The notes under the pieces were generated by a model, which saw only the letters and a list, made by a program, of their open reading frames with translations, searched no databases and was not told where the DNA came from. A DNA stretch of 64,000 nucleotides. Source: Raillietiella orientalis. Its lineage: Eukaryota. This document shows positions 35,437 through 48,600 of this stretch, piece after piece (the first letter of the stretch is position 1; each line of letters opens with the position of its first letter). The stretch is from contig JAYWIR010000052.1 in NCBI GenBank assembly GCA_036172245.1, positions 434,001 through 498,000 of the forward strand, in the 5' to 3' direction. The translations under genes and the position numbers were made by a program.

Positions 35437-38400
35437 GTAGGAGGGAGGCCAGGGGTCACCTCCTCCGGGCAGGGTCCACCCCCGCGGGGTGGGAGGGGGC
35501 GACGAAGGAGACCGCCGGGAGCGCACGTCGGTGCGGACGAACGTCTCCCCCCTCCCGCCCAACCTCCAGGAGGGGCCCGCAGGCGGACGGCGGTCAGAGG
35601 GAGCCCGGCCTCTCCTAACCGCCCGCCTCGACCCACTCCCGCAAGGCAAGCGTCCAGAGGGGGGTGTCCCTCCGCATGTTGGCCGAGCCTTCCACCCCCT
35701 CACCCCATCTCTCGAGTTCGCTCTTCTTTCCCGCTCCCTCTTCCTCGGGAACACCCCCCTCCTCCGGCCCTTCCGCTCCTTGGTCGGTCCGGACAGCGAT
35801 GCTGTGGTCGCGACGTGACGCACCTCCTCGGGCAGGGAAGTGGAGAGAGAGAAAGGGGGTGGATGGGGGTGGAACGGATGGAGGAACCTCTAGCAGGTGC
35901 GTCCGTCCGTCCCGCGAGTGCGCGCAGGGCCTGCCCCCTCTGCCCTCGGGATGGATACGCGCAGGAGGGCGGTGGATGACGTAAGCAAAAAAAAACAAAC
36001 AACATGGAAATGGAAAAAAAAGAGGGGGGGGGGAGGAAGGAAGCGGCTCGAAAAGAAAGAGGGAGGGGGGGCGAAGCTCCGTCCGACAAAAAGGGAGGAG
36101 CACAAAGAGGGGGATCGCTCTTTCCCTTTTTTGACAGGTTTTTTCCCTTTTCTCCCGCCCGTCCCGGGAGGTGTTTTCGGGGAACTCCACCCTCTACCGC
36201 TCGGGGGATGCGGTCGGGGGTGAATTGGGGGGGGGGAGGGGAGGACCGGAACGCGCGCGCGCCCGGCGGGCCTCCGGAGGAGAAACACCGCCGGGACACA
36301 AAAAAACCGGGAAAAGCAAAAAAGGGAAGAAGAAGAAAAAAAAGGAACGGAGGGGAGGGGGAGGGAAAAAGAAAAAAGAGGGAGGAGGAGGGGTGGAGAG
36401 GGGAGGAAAAAAGGAAGCAAAAAAAAAGGTCTCTGCGGCGGTGGGGGCAGGCAGGCGGGAGAGAGTGAGAGCGGCGACACAAAACGCGCGCGCGCGTAGG
36501 GAGAGGCGCTGCTGGGGTGGGGTGTGGGGGGGGGGGAGGACAAAGGCAGGCGCGCAGGGAGGGGACGGCATTAGGGGTCACGGGGGGACGAAATGTGACT
36601 CCACAATGCGTCCTCCTGGGAAGCGTTCATTCGGGACAGCGTCGTTAGGCAGGTCAGAGGCTTTCCGGGAGGCGCCCCGTAAATCCAGGCCGACACGGCG
36701 GAGAAGGACTGGGAGGAGGACCTCCTCCTCCTCCTCTCCCTCTCCATGCCTCGGAAGACAAGCAGGGGGGAAGTGAAAGAGGCGCCTGTCTGCCTCCCGA
36801 AGGCCTCGCCCCCTCCCATCCTCTCTCCCTCCCGTTCACCATGGCAACCTCCTTCTCCTCCGTCCGCAGGGTAAGGTCGGCTGGTGGTGGTTTCCCGCGC
36901 TCGAGTCTTCCGGAAGGCGGGGACCAAAGGAAGGAAGGGAGGGGGTATTCTGGATTGGGACGCTCCACCTGGGGCTCGAGGTCGTGCTCTTTCCGGGGAG
37001 AAACTGAGGTGAGGGTGGGAGCGGAAAGGGGTGGCTGTTCTGCTCCGGATAGGGATGGACTGTGTCGCAGCGGAGGTCCCATTCATTCCCACCCGCCCCT
37101 GCGAGGATTTTCTTTCCACGCTACGCCGGGATGGGACGGGAGTGGGGAAGGGGAGGAAGGGATGGGGTGCCCCCTCCCCCACCACGCGCGCCCACGGGGA
37201 TGTGGACCTCTTCCTCCTTTTCTTCCTGTGGGAGAAGCCGCTGGCAAGTTCCCTGAGGGAACGGAGGGTCCCGACGAGGGGGGCGCCTGCTGTGCGAGCA
37301 TCATCTGGGGGCGCTTGACGCTGCTGCCACCTCGCCTCGGCAGCTCCGAAGTCCGTCTCTCTCGAGGGGGGCGCCTCCCTCACCCCCTCCCTTCCCACGG
37401 GATGGAGGTACCTGGGATTCCGGCCCCCGATCGCTCTGGAGGAGCGGCCGCTCGCTCTCCAGGGGTCGTGAGTGGGGGGACAGGGTGAAGCAAAGGTCGC
37501 CCGAGGAAGGGCAGGGGAGTTGAGGAAGCGTCGCCGCCTGTTCGCCTATCCGGAAGGGGTCGACACGAGGCGGGACAAGGGAGGAGGAAGAGGCCCCTTC
37601 CCCCCTCTTTCCTCTGCCGTCGCCCGTACGAAACCCGGCGAGTCACCTCGGAGCCCTCCGTCGTCCTGGCAACGCCTCCGCGTCACAAGGGAAGCAGCGA
37701 GCAGGGGCCCGCCACGCGCATCCTGACAAGCGGGAAGGGGAGCAGCGGCTCCTCTCCCTTCCCCCGCGGCAGTGGGGTGAGCGCTCGCGGTTCCTCTTCT
37801 GAGCCAGCAGCGCCGTCGTCGACAACGGCGAAAACCGCTGGCGGCGCGCACGCGCGTCCAAGGGGGCAGAAGGACATCCCCTTCCCCCCCCCTCCCGCCG
37901 TGCTCTTTCCAGTGCCTCTGGCGGCGCGGTTCTCTCTCGAGGGCGAGCCGATAACCCGGAAGGACCGCACGCCACCATCGTCCCGCGAGCCCTCGAAATC
38001 CGGACCACCCCCTTTTCCTTCGCACCTGATCGCGTAGCTCCGCGGTCTCAGGGAGGGCAGGGGTCGGCGGAGATGGAACGCGCGCCCCATACGCGGACTC
38101 CGCGAGTGCAGCGGGCCAACTCCTCTCGCGCGCCTTCTCCGCTCGTGGGGAAGCGGCATGCGCGGCTCCCGGTGGTGAAGCCGCGGGGAACCGTGCCCTT
38201 CTTCAGGCCCGAAACTCCCCTTCCCCCTCCCCCCCTCATCCACGCAACGGGCGGAGGGTGTCCCTCCGGACAGCCGCCGGCTGCGTTTGCGAACCACCGG
38301 AACCGCCCGAGGCCACAGGGTGGTCAAGGGGACGCGCGTGGCAGGGCCTTCCCTCTTGGTCGCCATCGACAGGGAGGGATGGGACGAAGGGAAGCGCCAC

Positions 38401-40935
38401 CGCCCCTCGACAGCGCGCCCGCGGAACCAAGGCGACGGGCGCTACTCCCGGGGGAACGAGAGAGCAGGCGAGCCGTCGCAGCGGCGGAGGCCGGGATGAC
38501 GAGGGACGCGCGCTGCCGGGAGGCGCAGGGCACGGGACGGAATTCTTCGGGTAGGGGACGAGGCGACAGAAGGCTCCACGAGGCCGAGAAGCCGCCCACC
38601 CGAGGGGGACGCTCCACCCCAAAGTGCGTCTCCCCGTCCGCTCCTGCGGGAGATGGCCGACTCCGCGGCCTTTCCATTCCGACGCGCAGCATTCCCGGCC
38701 GGCTTCTTGTGAACCCCCCTTCCCCCCAACGCTGCAGAGTTCTTGTCTCTGACAACTCTTCCTTCCTTCTGGAATCCCCCTCCCCCACATGAGCGAAGAC
38801 AGCCGGGGGAGGTTCCAGATCGCCCCCTTCGACCCTCTTTCCTTCACCTCGTTGAAGCAATTCCTTTTGGTGCTCCCAACGACGCCTGCTTTCCTCCCGC
38901 CGTCATCCCGACGGTTTTCCCCAAACAGCGCCTCTCCCTCAGCATCAGCATAATCTCTGCTCCTTCCCTCTCCTCCTCCTTTCCTCCTCTTTCTCCTTTG
39001 CCCCTCCTCATCTTACGCAACAGATTCCTCCGCGGGGAGCTGCGGAGCTTCCCTGCCCTCCCCTCCTCTCCCTCTGAGACTTCCCTGCTCACCGCCGGGC
39101 AGCATCGGCGCGCTCTCGCGGCGGCGGCCTTGGTGCGCGCCGCCCTTCCTAGCGGAGCGGGTGACCCGAGGCTATGGAGGCGGCAGCAGGCCATCCCGCC
39201 CGGAAGGAATCGGCTTCCCTGCGCCTTCCCTCGTCTCGAGGGAGAGGGGGAAGGGCATTTTTCGCCCCCTTCCGCAGAGGACGGCGCACCGCCCGTCAGG
39301 CATGGGGAAAGCGGGGGTGGGTGGGTTTGGACGGGAAGCGACCTCGGGCCACCTGCACACGCGTCCTCCCAGTGTCGCGTCTCCTCCCGGACCGGGAGAA
39401 CGCTGGGACTCGTGCTCCTTCCCTCGCCCCCCCGCGCGATCGACCGCCGGATGAGGGGGCCCCACTCTGAGAGGGGAAGAATCGCAAGGAATTTACTGCG
39501 GGACGTTGCCGCACCCCTCCGCACGGGAGCGCAAAGGGACAAGGGGAGAGGGGCGTCTGGGCGCCGCTCCTTCCCTCCTCCCGCGTGCTCCCCGAGGGTG
39601 GATTCGGGAGAGTCCCCAGCCCGGGAGGCGAGTCGCGAGCACCCTCTCGGCATCCACCCCGCCATAGCGTCTCGCAAAGGGAGGGCAGGGGGGGACTCGC
39701 AGCGCCGCCCTGCGAGAGAAAGGCGAGGGCGGCTGACTGACTGACTGCGAACGGAAGGGGGGTAGGGAGGCAAAACCATCGATTCCTTCGCTACCCGGGG
39801 GTGTCCCGGGAGGCGCAGAGCAACCTCAGGAACTCGCGGGGACCGCGCCACGCGCTCCAGGGTGGAACCGGCGGGAAAAGAAAGCGCAGGGCCCCTTGGA
39901 TGCAGCGATCCGACGTTATGCAAATGAGCGGGGGCGCGTGCAAGCGGCGTGCTCTTCGTGAGCGCTTCGCTCGAAGAGCCCGTCCCCGCCTGTACGGCCT
40001 CCGCTTTCGCGGGCGAGCCGCTGAAGAGCAGGGAAAACGCTCGGCCGAATTTCCATGGAGACCCTGGAACGGTCTCTGGATGCACGCGGAGGCCCCCTTC
40101 GTAGCGCTCACGCTCACCCTCCTTTCTGGTTCCAGGGAGGTGAACGCCCCAGCAGGGAGGGAGAATTTGAAAAGAGAAAGGGGGGGGGGGGAAGGGAAGG
40201 GAAGAAGTGCTGCCGACGCTGCTGCTGCTGTTGCAAATCATGATGACGATGACGACCTGAAGAGAGAGAGAGGGGGGGGGGGGAGCTCCCGATCCTGAGG
40301 GCAGAGTTCGCGCTCTTCGGCCGACGCGACCCCTGCGGAGGATCCGCGACGGAATCTTCGAAAGTCAAGTGGGCGGTGGCGTCGACGGCTGCGGGAGAGG
40401 GGGAGGGAGGAACAAGGGAAGAGGAAGAGGGGGACGATCTCTCCTAGGCTTCGACGCACACGCCCTCGCAGCCGTGGAATTCCAGCCGAAAATCGGGAGG
40501 ACGGGCCCATCCATCCGGAAAGCCCGTGGAATTCCAGCGCGATCGGCCGCCTCCCTGGAGGGAAGGACGGCGGCGGGAAAGAAGGAGAAAGCAGGGAAGC
40601 GACTCTCCTCCTCTCCCCTCCCCCTTCCACCCTTTCCCCTCTTCCTCCTTCCCGCACCCACACCTGTCCGCCTTCCAGGTTACCCGTGCGACGGAGACCG
40701 CGATCGTGGACCGCGCGAGCGCAATCACGTGCGTCGTTTAACACCCGGGTGCGCCGGGGCCTTTATTGTAACAATAAACAAACATGTGTAGGGCCATCGG
40801 CCCTACAAAGTCCGAAAGATTTCGGAACTTTCCGAGTAACCGGCACGCAAGGCGTCGTGGTTCACCACGGAGACTCCCCTGCGTAGTGGGGAGGAGTGAG
40901 AAGGGGGCGACTGTGTCCTCCTTCCTTCATCCTCC

Positions 40936-41181
40936 AGGAGAAGGAAGGAGCAAGAGGAGAAAGCAGAAAGGAAGGAGGAGGAAGAGAAGGAGGAACGAAA
41001 GGAGGAGGACGAGGAAGAGTTGGAGGAGAGGAGGAGAAAGAAAGAAGAAGAAGAGAAGGAAAAGGGAGGAAGATGAGGGAAGGAAGAGAAAGGGACGAAG
41101 GAGGAGGACGAGAGGAAGAGAAGGAGGAGGAAGGAAGGAAGGTGGAGGAAATGATGGGGTGGGGGAGGGAGGAAGAACAGA
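40936..41181. repeat. Polypurine (GGA/GAA) low-complexity tract in dac intron 1
   Basis: ~245 bp almost only G/A on the + strand. Confidence 0.9.
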
Positions 41182-44100
41182 ACCGTCATGGACAGCGTGG
41201 AGGGAAGTCTTCGTCCTCCAGGAGGGTTGGAGTGGGTCGCCGGGAAGGTCCTCCGCCTGCGCGAAGAGGCTGCCGGGGGTCGCGTGCAGCCGGGGTCGCC
41301 AGCTGCGGCGGCGGTGCGGCGTATCCATCTGGTACGCCCGCGGCACGGCAGCCGTGGGTGCGTGCCCGCCGCTGTGCGGCCGCGAGCGGCGGCTCATTGA
41401 TTCATCAGCCTCTCGCGCAAACACCAGTTGGCCTTATTAATCGATGCCCTGCGTAATCACCCGCTTATTTATTAATCGTCCTTCGCCATGGAGATGCCGC
41501 CGCTCCATCGCTTGCGCGCCGCGAGTCCCCAGACCCGAGGTGCCTCTGCGAGCGCACTGCACCTCCCGTCTGGGAGAGCTCCGCGCTTTCCAGGGGAGGG
41601 GAGGGGGAGAAGACGGGCGGCGGCGGGGTTACCGGGGGTCGCACCCGGCCGATCCCTCCGGGGTTTCCGGTCGGAACCGGCGAAGAGGGAGCTCAGAATC
41701 GTGGTGGGGGGTCGGCTGCGCCGGGGCGGCCGATGGCGCCGTTCGGAACGGGGGTGGCTGTCTGTCGCTGCCTTCTGCCTCGGCGGCGGTGACGGAATGG
41801 GAAACGCCCGACGAGGATCCCACCGAGGACGGCGGTCGGCGAGGTCACCGGGACCTTCCCGGAGCCTTCCGAACTGGCTCGATCCTTGTCAGATGTCCTT
41901 TTCGCGTCCGCGCATCCCTCCCTCTCCTGGAAGAAAAGGAGAAGGAGGAGGCGAAAGAGGAGGAGGAAAAGGATCAAGGAGAGAGCAGGAAGCGGATAGG
42001 AGAGAAGGAGGAGGAGGAAGGAAGGTCTTCACCCTCCAGGAAGGACTCATCGAAGGACTCACCTCGATTTGCAGAGTCCGGGATCAGGGTCCCGGTGAGG
42101 CACCGACGCTCCGCGGAGCGTTTTCCTGACGCTTCCCTTCGAGAAGGTTTCCCGAGTCCTCGCCGTCCGGCCTGCAGGTAGCATCCCCGCACCACCTCTC
42201 CCAGCGGGTGCCGAGGGTAACCGGCCGCAAAAGTGAGCGCGCGCGGATTCGGTCGCGGCAGCGGCAAAAGGCCGCTCGATTCCCCGCTGCTTGCGACCTT
42301 CAGGGCAGGGCGCTCTTCGGGCACCAGGGGTCGGACAGGCGGGCAGCCAGCAGCGAGCTTCGCCGTCTCCTCCCGACAGCACCTCGCGGTCTTTCGGACG
42401 CAGCCTCCCTTTCCTCACCGGATCCGAAAGGCTCGAGGAAAGCGCGCGAACGGAAGAGGCGCGCGTTTCCAGGAGACTGGCGCTGCCACCACGAAACCGG
42501 GACTCTGAAAAGAGCAGCGGCGCACCCTGCTCTTTTCAAGGGTCCTCCTGGGTTTCCGCCGCGCGAGAGCGCAACGCGGGCTCTCTGGTTTCCGCCTGCC
42601 GCGGGCAAGGAAGGCAGCTGGCGCGACGGGGGTGGGGGAGGCCTCGATCAGGAAGCGGAAGGAAGGGCATGACTTCTTCTTCGGCCGGTGCGAAGTGCCC
42701 GCGGGCGCTCCTAGGTTTCGGGGGGGTCTGCGGCGCCGTTCCGGCGAAAACGCTCGCCCTGCGCCGAGGAACGCCTGTTGGCATGACGGCCGTTCTCCTC
42801 TTAGTCCTGGGCGAGCTGGCTGCTCGGGCGGATGCGAGGCAGGAATGCCAGGGGGAATCGTCCTGCTGCCCCGTCGATCGCGGCCGCACTTGGCCACGGC
42901 AGCTCTCTGTTCTGTGGCGGTCGTGCTGCGGGAGATGCTCAGGGAGCAGATGTTTCCTCCTTTTCTTCCCGTTCGCCCTGGGTCTCTCTTTTCCCTTCCT
43001 TCCTTTCTTTTCCCCATTTCTCTTCTCAGCGCGCGCTAATTGCCATGATTGGTGTTGAGGACGAAGGTACTTTTTTGTTTTCGCTTAATAAATTTGTCAG
43101 AATTTTCCCCTTAAATTGCCCTAATATATACATCGGGAAGCGGTCGCTTCCGTGACGTCGTCAACACGATCGTAAACGGCGCTGCTGGCTCGCTGTCGAA
43201 AGGAACGTGTCATCGCACCGGCGTTGCCGAGCAGCGAAAGCAACCGTCCCCTGCGTGCATTCCTTTCGTGGCTGTTAAATAGAAACACAAAGCGCCGATT
43301 CACCGGCGAATAAATGAAGCAGCTTTATTGAAATTTTCCTATTTTCCGTTTCTCTTTCTCTCTTTCCTTTTCCACCACCCCCTTTTTCACCTTTTTCCGT
43401 CCGATCCCGTTGCGCACCACCTACCAGAAAGCTTTCTCTCGGGGTAAGAGGAAGAGTACTTACCACCACCCCCGGGGGCTTTCGCCTTCTCGCTTTCTTC
43501 TTGCCTTCTGCCCCGCATTCCTCCTCGGTATATTCCTTGCTCTTTCCTTTTCCCCCGTTGCCCCCCCCCCCCCCCACGCCAATGCCGCCGATCTGGTTTC
43601 CGAGAGGCGCAAGCGGCTCACGGTCCTGGAACCGCGTCTGAGGTATCCCCCATCCCGGCGCCAATTAACCCGGTGTGCCTCACGATCGCTATGTCAAGAA
43701 ACTCCTTTGCGGGAAACGGAAAAAGCAGCTAGCCTTTCAGCTTTCCGCGAATGCTCATTAGGAAATGATTCCCATAAGATTTTGCACTTGTCGAGTCAAA
43801 TTGCTTTGCATGAAAGTCGCATTCCGATAAGACAACGAAGGAGCAGCAATCATCTCGAAATTTAATCGTCGCCTCTTCTACGCAAACATTTGCCTTTTCT
43901 CTCTCTCTCTCTCTCTTCCCCCTCTCCCCCCCGTCCTCCCCCTCTTTCAGGGTCTGGTGCTTCGGTAGGGTGAAAATGAAGAACGGCGGCGGCCGTCTTT
44001 CGTTTCCCCGGTGATCCAGAGACGCCGCTGCGATGCGCGCCCATTTTGAATCATGGCGCCCGGGCGTAGGCCCCGGTCGCGCGCATCGTCGCCGCGGCGA

Positions 44101-46754
44101 CGCTCCGTCGTGTCCGGCCGCGGGAGGGCCGTCGTCGTCCGTGCAAGAAGTGTCCGTGCCGTGTTCGCCTCGTTTCAGCCAGGTTTGCTATGCAGTGCCC
44201 AGAAGGAAATATGCATTATCTGTATCCAGTTGCATCGCGTGTTCAGCTTCAATTACAGCAGCCATTTTTTTTTTCTTTCTTTCGCTTCTTTGGCTCTTGC
44301 CTGTGCCCAGTGTACATTTATGCTGCTCTCCTGTGCGGTTGTATTATTAGGGAAATCGATTCGATTGATAAAAACACGGTGCAGGCGATGCGTGATGCTT
44401 TTTTGTTCTTCGCCGAATCGCCCAGTGCTGCTGTCAAGTGGCTGCTGCTGCTTGTCAGGTCTCGTCAGGGCAACGGTTGCAGATTGGTGCTCCGGGATGA
44501 TTGCCATCTTGCGTTCCAATTCGGCACGAACAATTCGCTTTCCTTTTTGCATTTCATTTCTTCTTCTTCTCCTCCTCCCCTCCTCTCTCTCTTTCCCTTT
44601 TCCAGCATTTTTATCAGCGACAGCGATTTACAATTATCGATTGCTGTGCAAAGCCCAGCACAATGGACTGTTTGTTTTCCATTCCGTGATCATTTCGCCG
44701 CGAAAATAAAGCAGCCGTCCTTTTCTTTCGGGATCTTATTTAAAATTCCCGAATTTCGGGAGTATCCAATTGCAAAGTTTGAAGTCAGGCAAACGAGTGG
44801 GGGGGGGGAGGGAAGAAGAGAGAAGTCGCGTTCCCTCTCCCCCTCCCCCCCATTTTCTTTTTGGTGTTTGCAAGTGTGCACGATCTTCTGCGCTCCTTAA
44901 ACGAATTTCATGATCTTTGGAATCGGAGAAAGCAAGTGGGGGGGGGGGGGGGGGGTGCTGTGCCGGCGCGCGAGGATTCCGAGGGCAAACGGAAACCGAC
45001 GAAGGCGCGGCGGTCTTTGGTGCGCCGAAATCCCCCGCGCGGACAGGGGAGCCATAGCGCGGATCGCTCACCGGCACCGGGAATAAACTTCCCCCCGTTT
45101 CAGGAGCTTCTCCCTCCCGGGATCGAACTGCCCCGAGCACGTGTTTTCCTCCTCATTCCACTATTCTCGGGCCGCGTGCGCGGGTTCTGATAGGGAAGTG
45201 TTCGTGTTCGCATGAGCAGTTCGGAGACGAGGGGCGCAATTTTTTTCTCTTCCCCTCTCCTTGTTTTTTTTTTTTTGTTGTTTCTTTTTTTTCTTTTCCT
45301 CCGTCGTGGTTTGGAGAGAAAGGCTTGCCCGAGCCTTGCGATTTCACGGAACAGCCTTCAAGAGCAGCAGGCTCCGCTGGCGAACCCGCGCTGCTGGGGC
45401 TTAACTTGGGCTCCGGAGGTGAGGTTGCCGAGGTTGCCTTGGGTTCGGGCGGGGGGAAGCAGGAAGATGAGGCAGGGGAAGGGTTCGTTCCCTCCAGGGG
45501 AGCCCGCCTTCCGGCCGTCTCGTTTGCGGCGTCGTTAGCACTCTGGGAGGCCTGCAGAGGCAGAGGGCGGTGCCTTCCAGCCCTTCTCGAGTCTCCTCCT
45601 TGCGTGCTTGAAGGGCCTTCTCGAGAGGAGAAAGGGTAGGCGGGCGCTTTCTGCCGGCTGCGAGGAGGTAGGGGTGGGGAAGCTGATCGGGGGAGGCGCG
45701 CCGTATCGGTCGTCGAGAAAAGTTCTTCCCGTCACTGAGGATCGCGGGGAATTCTCGCGCGCCATCGTCCCTCCACCCCCAACCGGAACCGTGCCGGATT
45801 GCAGTCCTCCTCTGGAAAAACCTCCCGGGCTCACTACGGGGAAGGGCCATCGAAGGTCGCCTCCCTTGGGGAAGAGAGCGGACCCTTCGGACCGCACCGC
45901 CGGAGAAGAAAAAGGGTCCATGGAGGGCCTATCCATGGCCTCCTTCCCCTTTCCTTCCTCGATGGAGGAAGGGATCTGGACTGTGCTTTCGGCTCCCAGT
46001 CCCTGTCCGTTTTCCTGGACTTCCGTCCGGGTCGTTTTGTCGCCCATTCCCCAGAGCAGCAGAGGCAGCACTCGAGAGAGGGCGGGTGTGCATTGGGCAG
46101 CCGACTGCGGCCCTTCTTTCCTTCCTTCCAGGAAGCCTCCTGGTTCCTGGGACTCCCTGGTGGCGACGGAGAATCCTGTGGTTGGCCCGGCGAAACCTCC
46201 GCGGGTCTTTTGGTTTTTCCTCTCCCTTCTTCGGGACCCCCACGAAGGGAGTCCTCCCGATGGCCCGCTCGCGCTCGTTTGCAGCAGAAAGCAAAGGATC
46301 AAAAGTGGAGAAGGAAAAATCAAGATGGCGGAGGTTTGGACGGCGTGCAGCCCCCGCGCTCTCAGGCCCGTGTGTTTGTGCGTGGTGGGAAAGAGGAGAG
46401 GGGGAGGGAGGGAGGGGGGGAGGAGAAGGAAGAAGAAGAAACTGTACCCCTGGCAGTAAAACCATAAAAACCGAGGTGTAAACATCGCTCTCCCCCGTGG
46501 CGTTTTATGGACCATTCTGTTCTTATCAGGGAAGGACACACGCGGACGCGCGCGCGCGCGCGCGCGTGCGAGAAAGGAACCGGGAAAACGACTGGCTGAA
46601 AATGAATTTCGGAGAAGGGAGCGCGCAAGTGGGCGATGCCGGAGGTGCGATGACTCCATCCCTGACCCCCAAAGTAGCCCCCCCACGAGGGAAGACGGAG
46701 CGGGAGCGGAGGAGAGGGAAACGGAATGGAAAGGGAGAACCTACAGGAAAGCTC

Positions 46755-46756
<2 letters not shown>

Positions 46757-46792
<36 letters not shown>
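46757..46792. repeat. (CT)n microsatellite in dac intron 1
   Basis: Perfect CT run ~380 bp upstream of exon 2. Confidence 0.95.
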
Positions 46793-46795
<3 letters not shown>

Positions 46796-47173
46796 GGATC
46801 CTCGTTTCCTGTGGGGTCAGAGTGACCTTACCCGTCTCGGACGAAACGCGTCTTCCCGCACCGAAGTAGCGGGTGGAAGGATTCGGGAATCCCGGGAAAG
46901 GGAGACAGGTAGCGGGAAAATTTCGATCCGAACAGCAATGACCCCATCTGAAGATGCTCAAGAGAGATGCCATCGAGCTGGAATCAAGCAGGCTGGGGCG
47001 GGGGTGGATGGGAACCGGATGCGAACCCCCAGATTCTGTGAGAGAGAGGAATGTCGCAAAAAGGGGTGGAGGAGGATGAGGGGACAGGGGCGAGTTCGTC
47101 CGGACTCTGCTGGGCGCAATCGACACCCCGCTCGGGACACCCCGCGTTCCGAATAAGCGTTTGCATTTTGTAG

Positions 47174-47298
47174 TTCAAGGCCTGGAAGACCTCCGAAGAG
47201 GGCAACCGTGCTCCCGTTACCCATAGCCGCCCAGGACACACTTCTGAAGCTGAAGAAGGTCAGGATGGAGAATGGGGACTACGGGCAGTTCGACGGCG
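47174..47298 (+). CDS. dac: Dachshund coding exon 2
   Basis: Acceptor TTTTGTAG (AG 47172-73). In phase with exon 1 it gives CTTA-S-SRPGRPPKRATVLPLPIAAQDTLLKLKKVRMENGDYGQFDG, containing the conserved SSRPGRPPKR motif. Donor G|GTAAG, phase 1. Confidence 0.95.
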
Positions 47299-47749
47299 GT
47301 AAGCTAGGGGAGACGGGACCGAGGCAGGCAGCACCCTTTTTCCCCTCCTCCTCCTCCTCCTCCTCCTTCTCCTCTTTTTTTTTTCTTCCTTCTCATCTGC
47401 TTCCTCTTCTTTCCCTTCGTCTTGCCCCCTCCTCCTCTTCAAAGGGAGGAGGATCCCTCAGATCCCCTCCCAGAGTCCGATGGATATTCCTGAAGCCCCA
47501 ACCTTGTTTCCCGTGTTGGAATTTCGGGGAGTGGAGACTTGGCGCCTTCTGGAGAGCCATTTCGGCGGTCGCGGTTACGTTCTTCCCCCTCCTCCTCCCC
47601 TCCTCCGCCCTCCTCCTGGCGCGCGTGTAGGGGAAGGAGGAGGCCGGGGAAAGGCAGAGCGAAGGGGAGGGAAGGCGACGGGAGGGAGGAGGAAGGTGGA
47701 ACTCACGTTTGCTTGCCTTTTCTGCACCCCACCCACCCCTGCATTGCAG

Positions 47750-48014
47750 GTCACCGGTCTCCCCTGCTGGTCAACGGCTTCAACCACCACCACCAACCGG
47801 CGTCCCTCACGCCACTCCAGTACATGGCGCTCAATCGCCACCACCAACCGGCCGCCGCTGGAAACCATCCGGCGTTCCTGTCTCCAGGAGGCGCCGCCAC
47901 GGGCGCGGCCCTGTCGTCTAGTCATCATCGTGGGTACGGCGGCGGCCCGGACCAGGTCGCTTCCCCTCCCGTCTTGAAGGGTCACCACGCATTCGCTCCG
48001 GAGCCATTCTCCAG
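47750..48014 (+). CDS. dac: Dachshund coding exon 3
   Basis: Acceptor TTGCAG. In phase it reads GHRSPLLVNGFNHHHQPASLTPLQYMALNRH...APEPFS, resembling arthropod Dac SPLLxNGYN. Donor AG|GTGAC, phase 2. Confidence 0.88.
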
Positions 48015-48537
48015 GTGACTTGCCTGCCTGCTCTCTGCTTCTGCCCCTCTGCGCCCCCGCTGCCCTCCTTCCTCTGCTCCCCTGCTCTCGAGACGGGGTC
48101 GCTCGCTGGTGCTCCCGTCTGTCCCTTTCTTGATGGAGGACCTCGGAGGAGCACGTGAGTCGTTGCCCCTACCCCCGAGAAATGTCTCCCGACGCGCCCC
48201 TCCACCCCGAAGTTGGGGGCGGGACGGGAGCGGGTAAGGGGGTATTGGGGGACAACGGCGGACGGCTCCACAGCCCCTCCAGAACATCCCGAAGACGTTC
48301 GGGCAGCGGCATCCGTCCCGGAACGGGAGATCAGATCGCCCGAGGGATTTTTCTCTCGGGAAACTCCGGGGACGGTGACTCGGAACCTTTGCCACCCTGC
48401 GACCCACGCTCCTCCCCTCCTCACTTCTTCTCTCCCCTTCCCCGACCTCTTCCCCTTTCCTTTCCTGACACCTCCTCTTCCGGTTCCCTTGCGAGGCCAC
48501 GGATCGAGCGACTGATCCTCCCCCTTTTCATCCACAG

Positions 48538-48600
48538 GTCAGTTTCCCTGTGGGAGAACTGCCGGGCAGCCTACGAGGACGTGCTGAGCCAGCTGAACAG
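48538..48600 (+). CDS. dac: Dachshund coding exon 4 (63 nt)
   Basis: Pyrimidine tract plus CACAG acceptor. Encodes (R)SVSLWENCRAAYEDVLSQLN, matching the arthropod Dac WENCRAAYED motif. Donor AG|GTAGA, phase 2. Confidence 0.93.

Noticed and set aside
38844..40241. Longest ORFs in the track (465 aa here; also 32517..33872, 34678..35979, 2139..3347, 58024..59217)
   Set aside because: Arg/Pro/Gly/Ser-rich with no recognisable domain and open in several frames at once. This is expected from stop-codon scarcity in GC-rich DNA, or they are shadows of dac exon 1.
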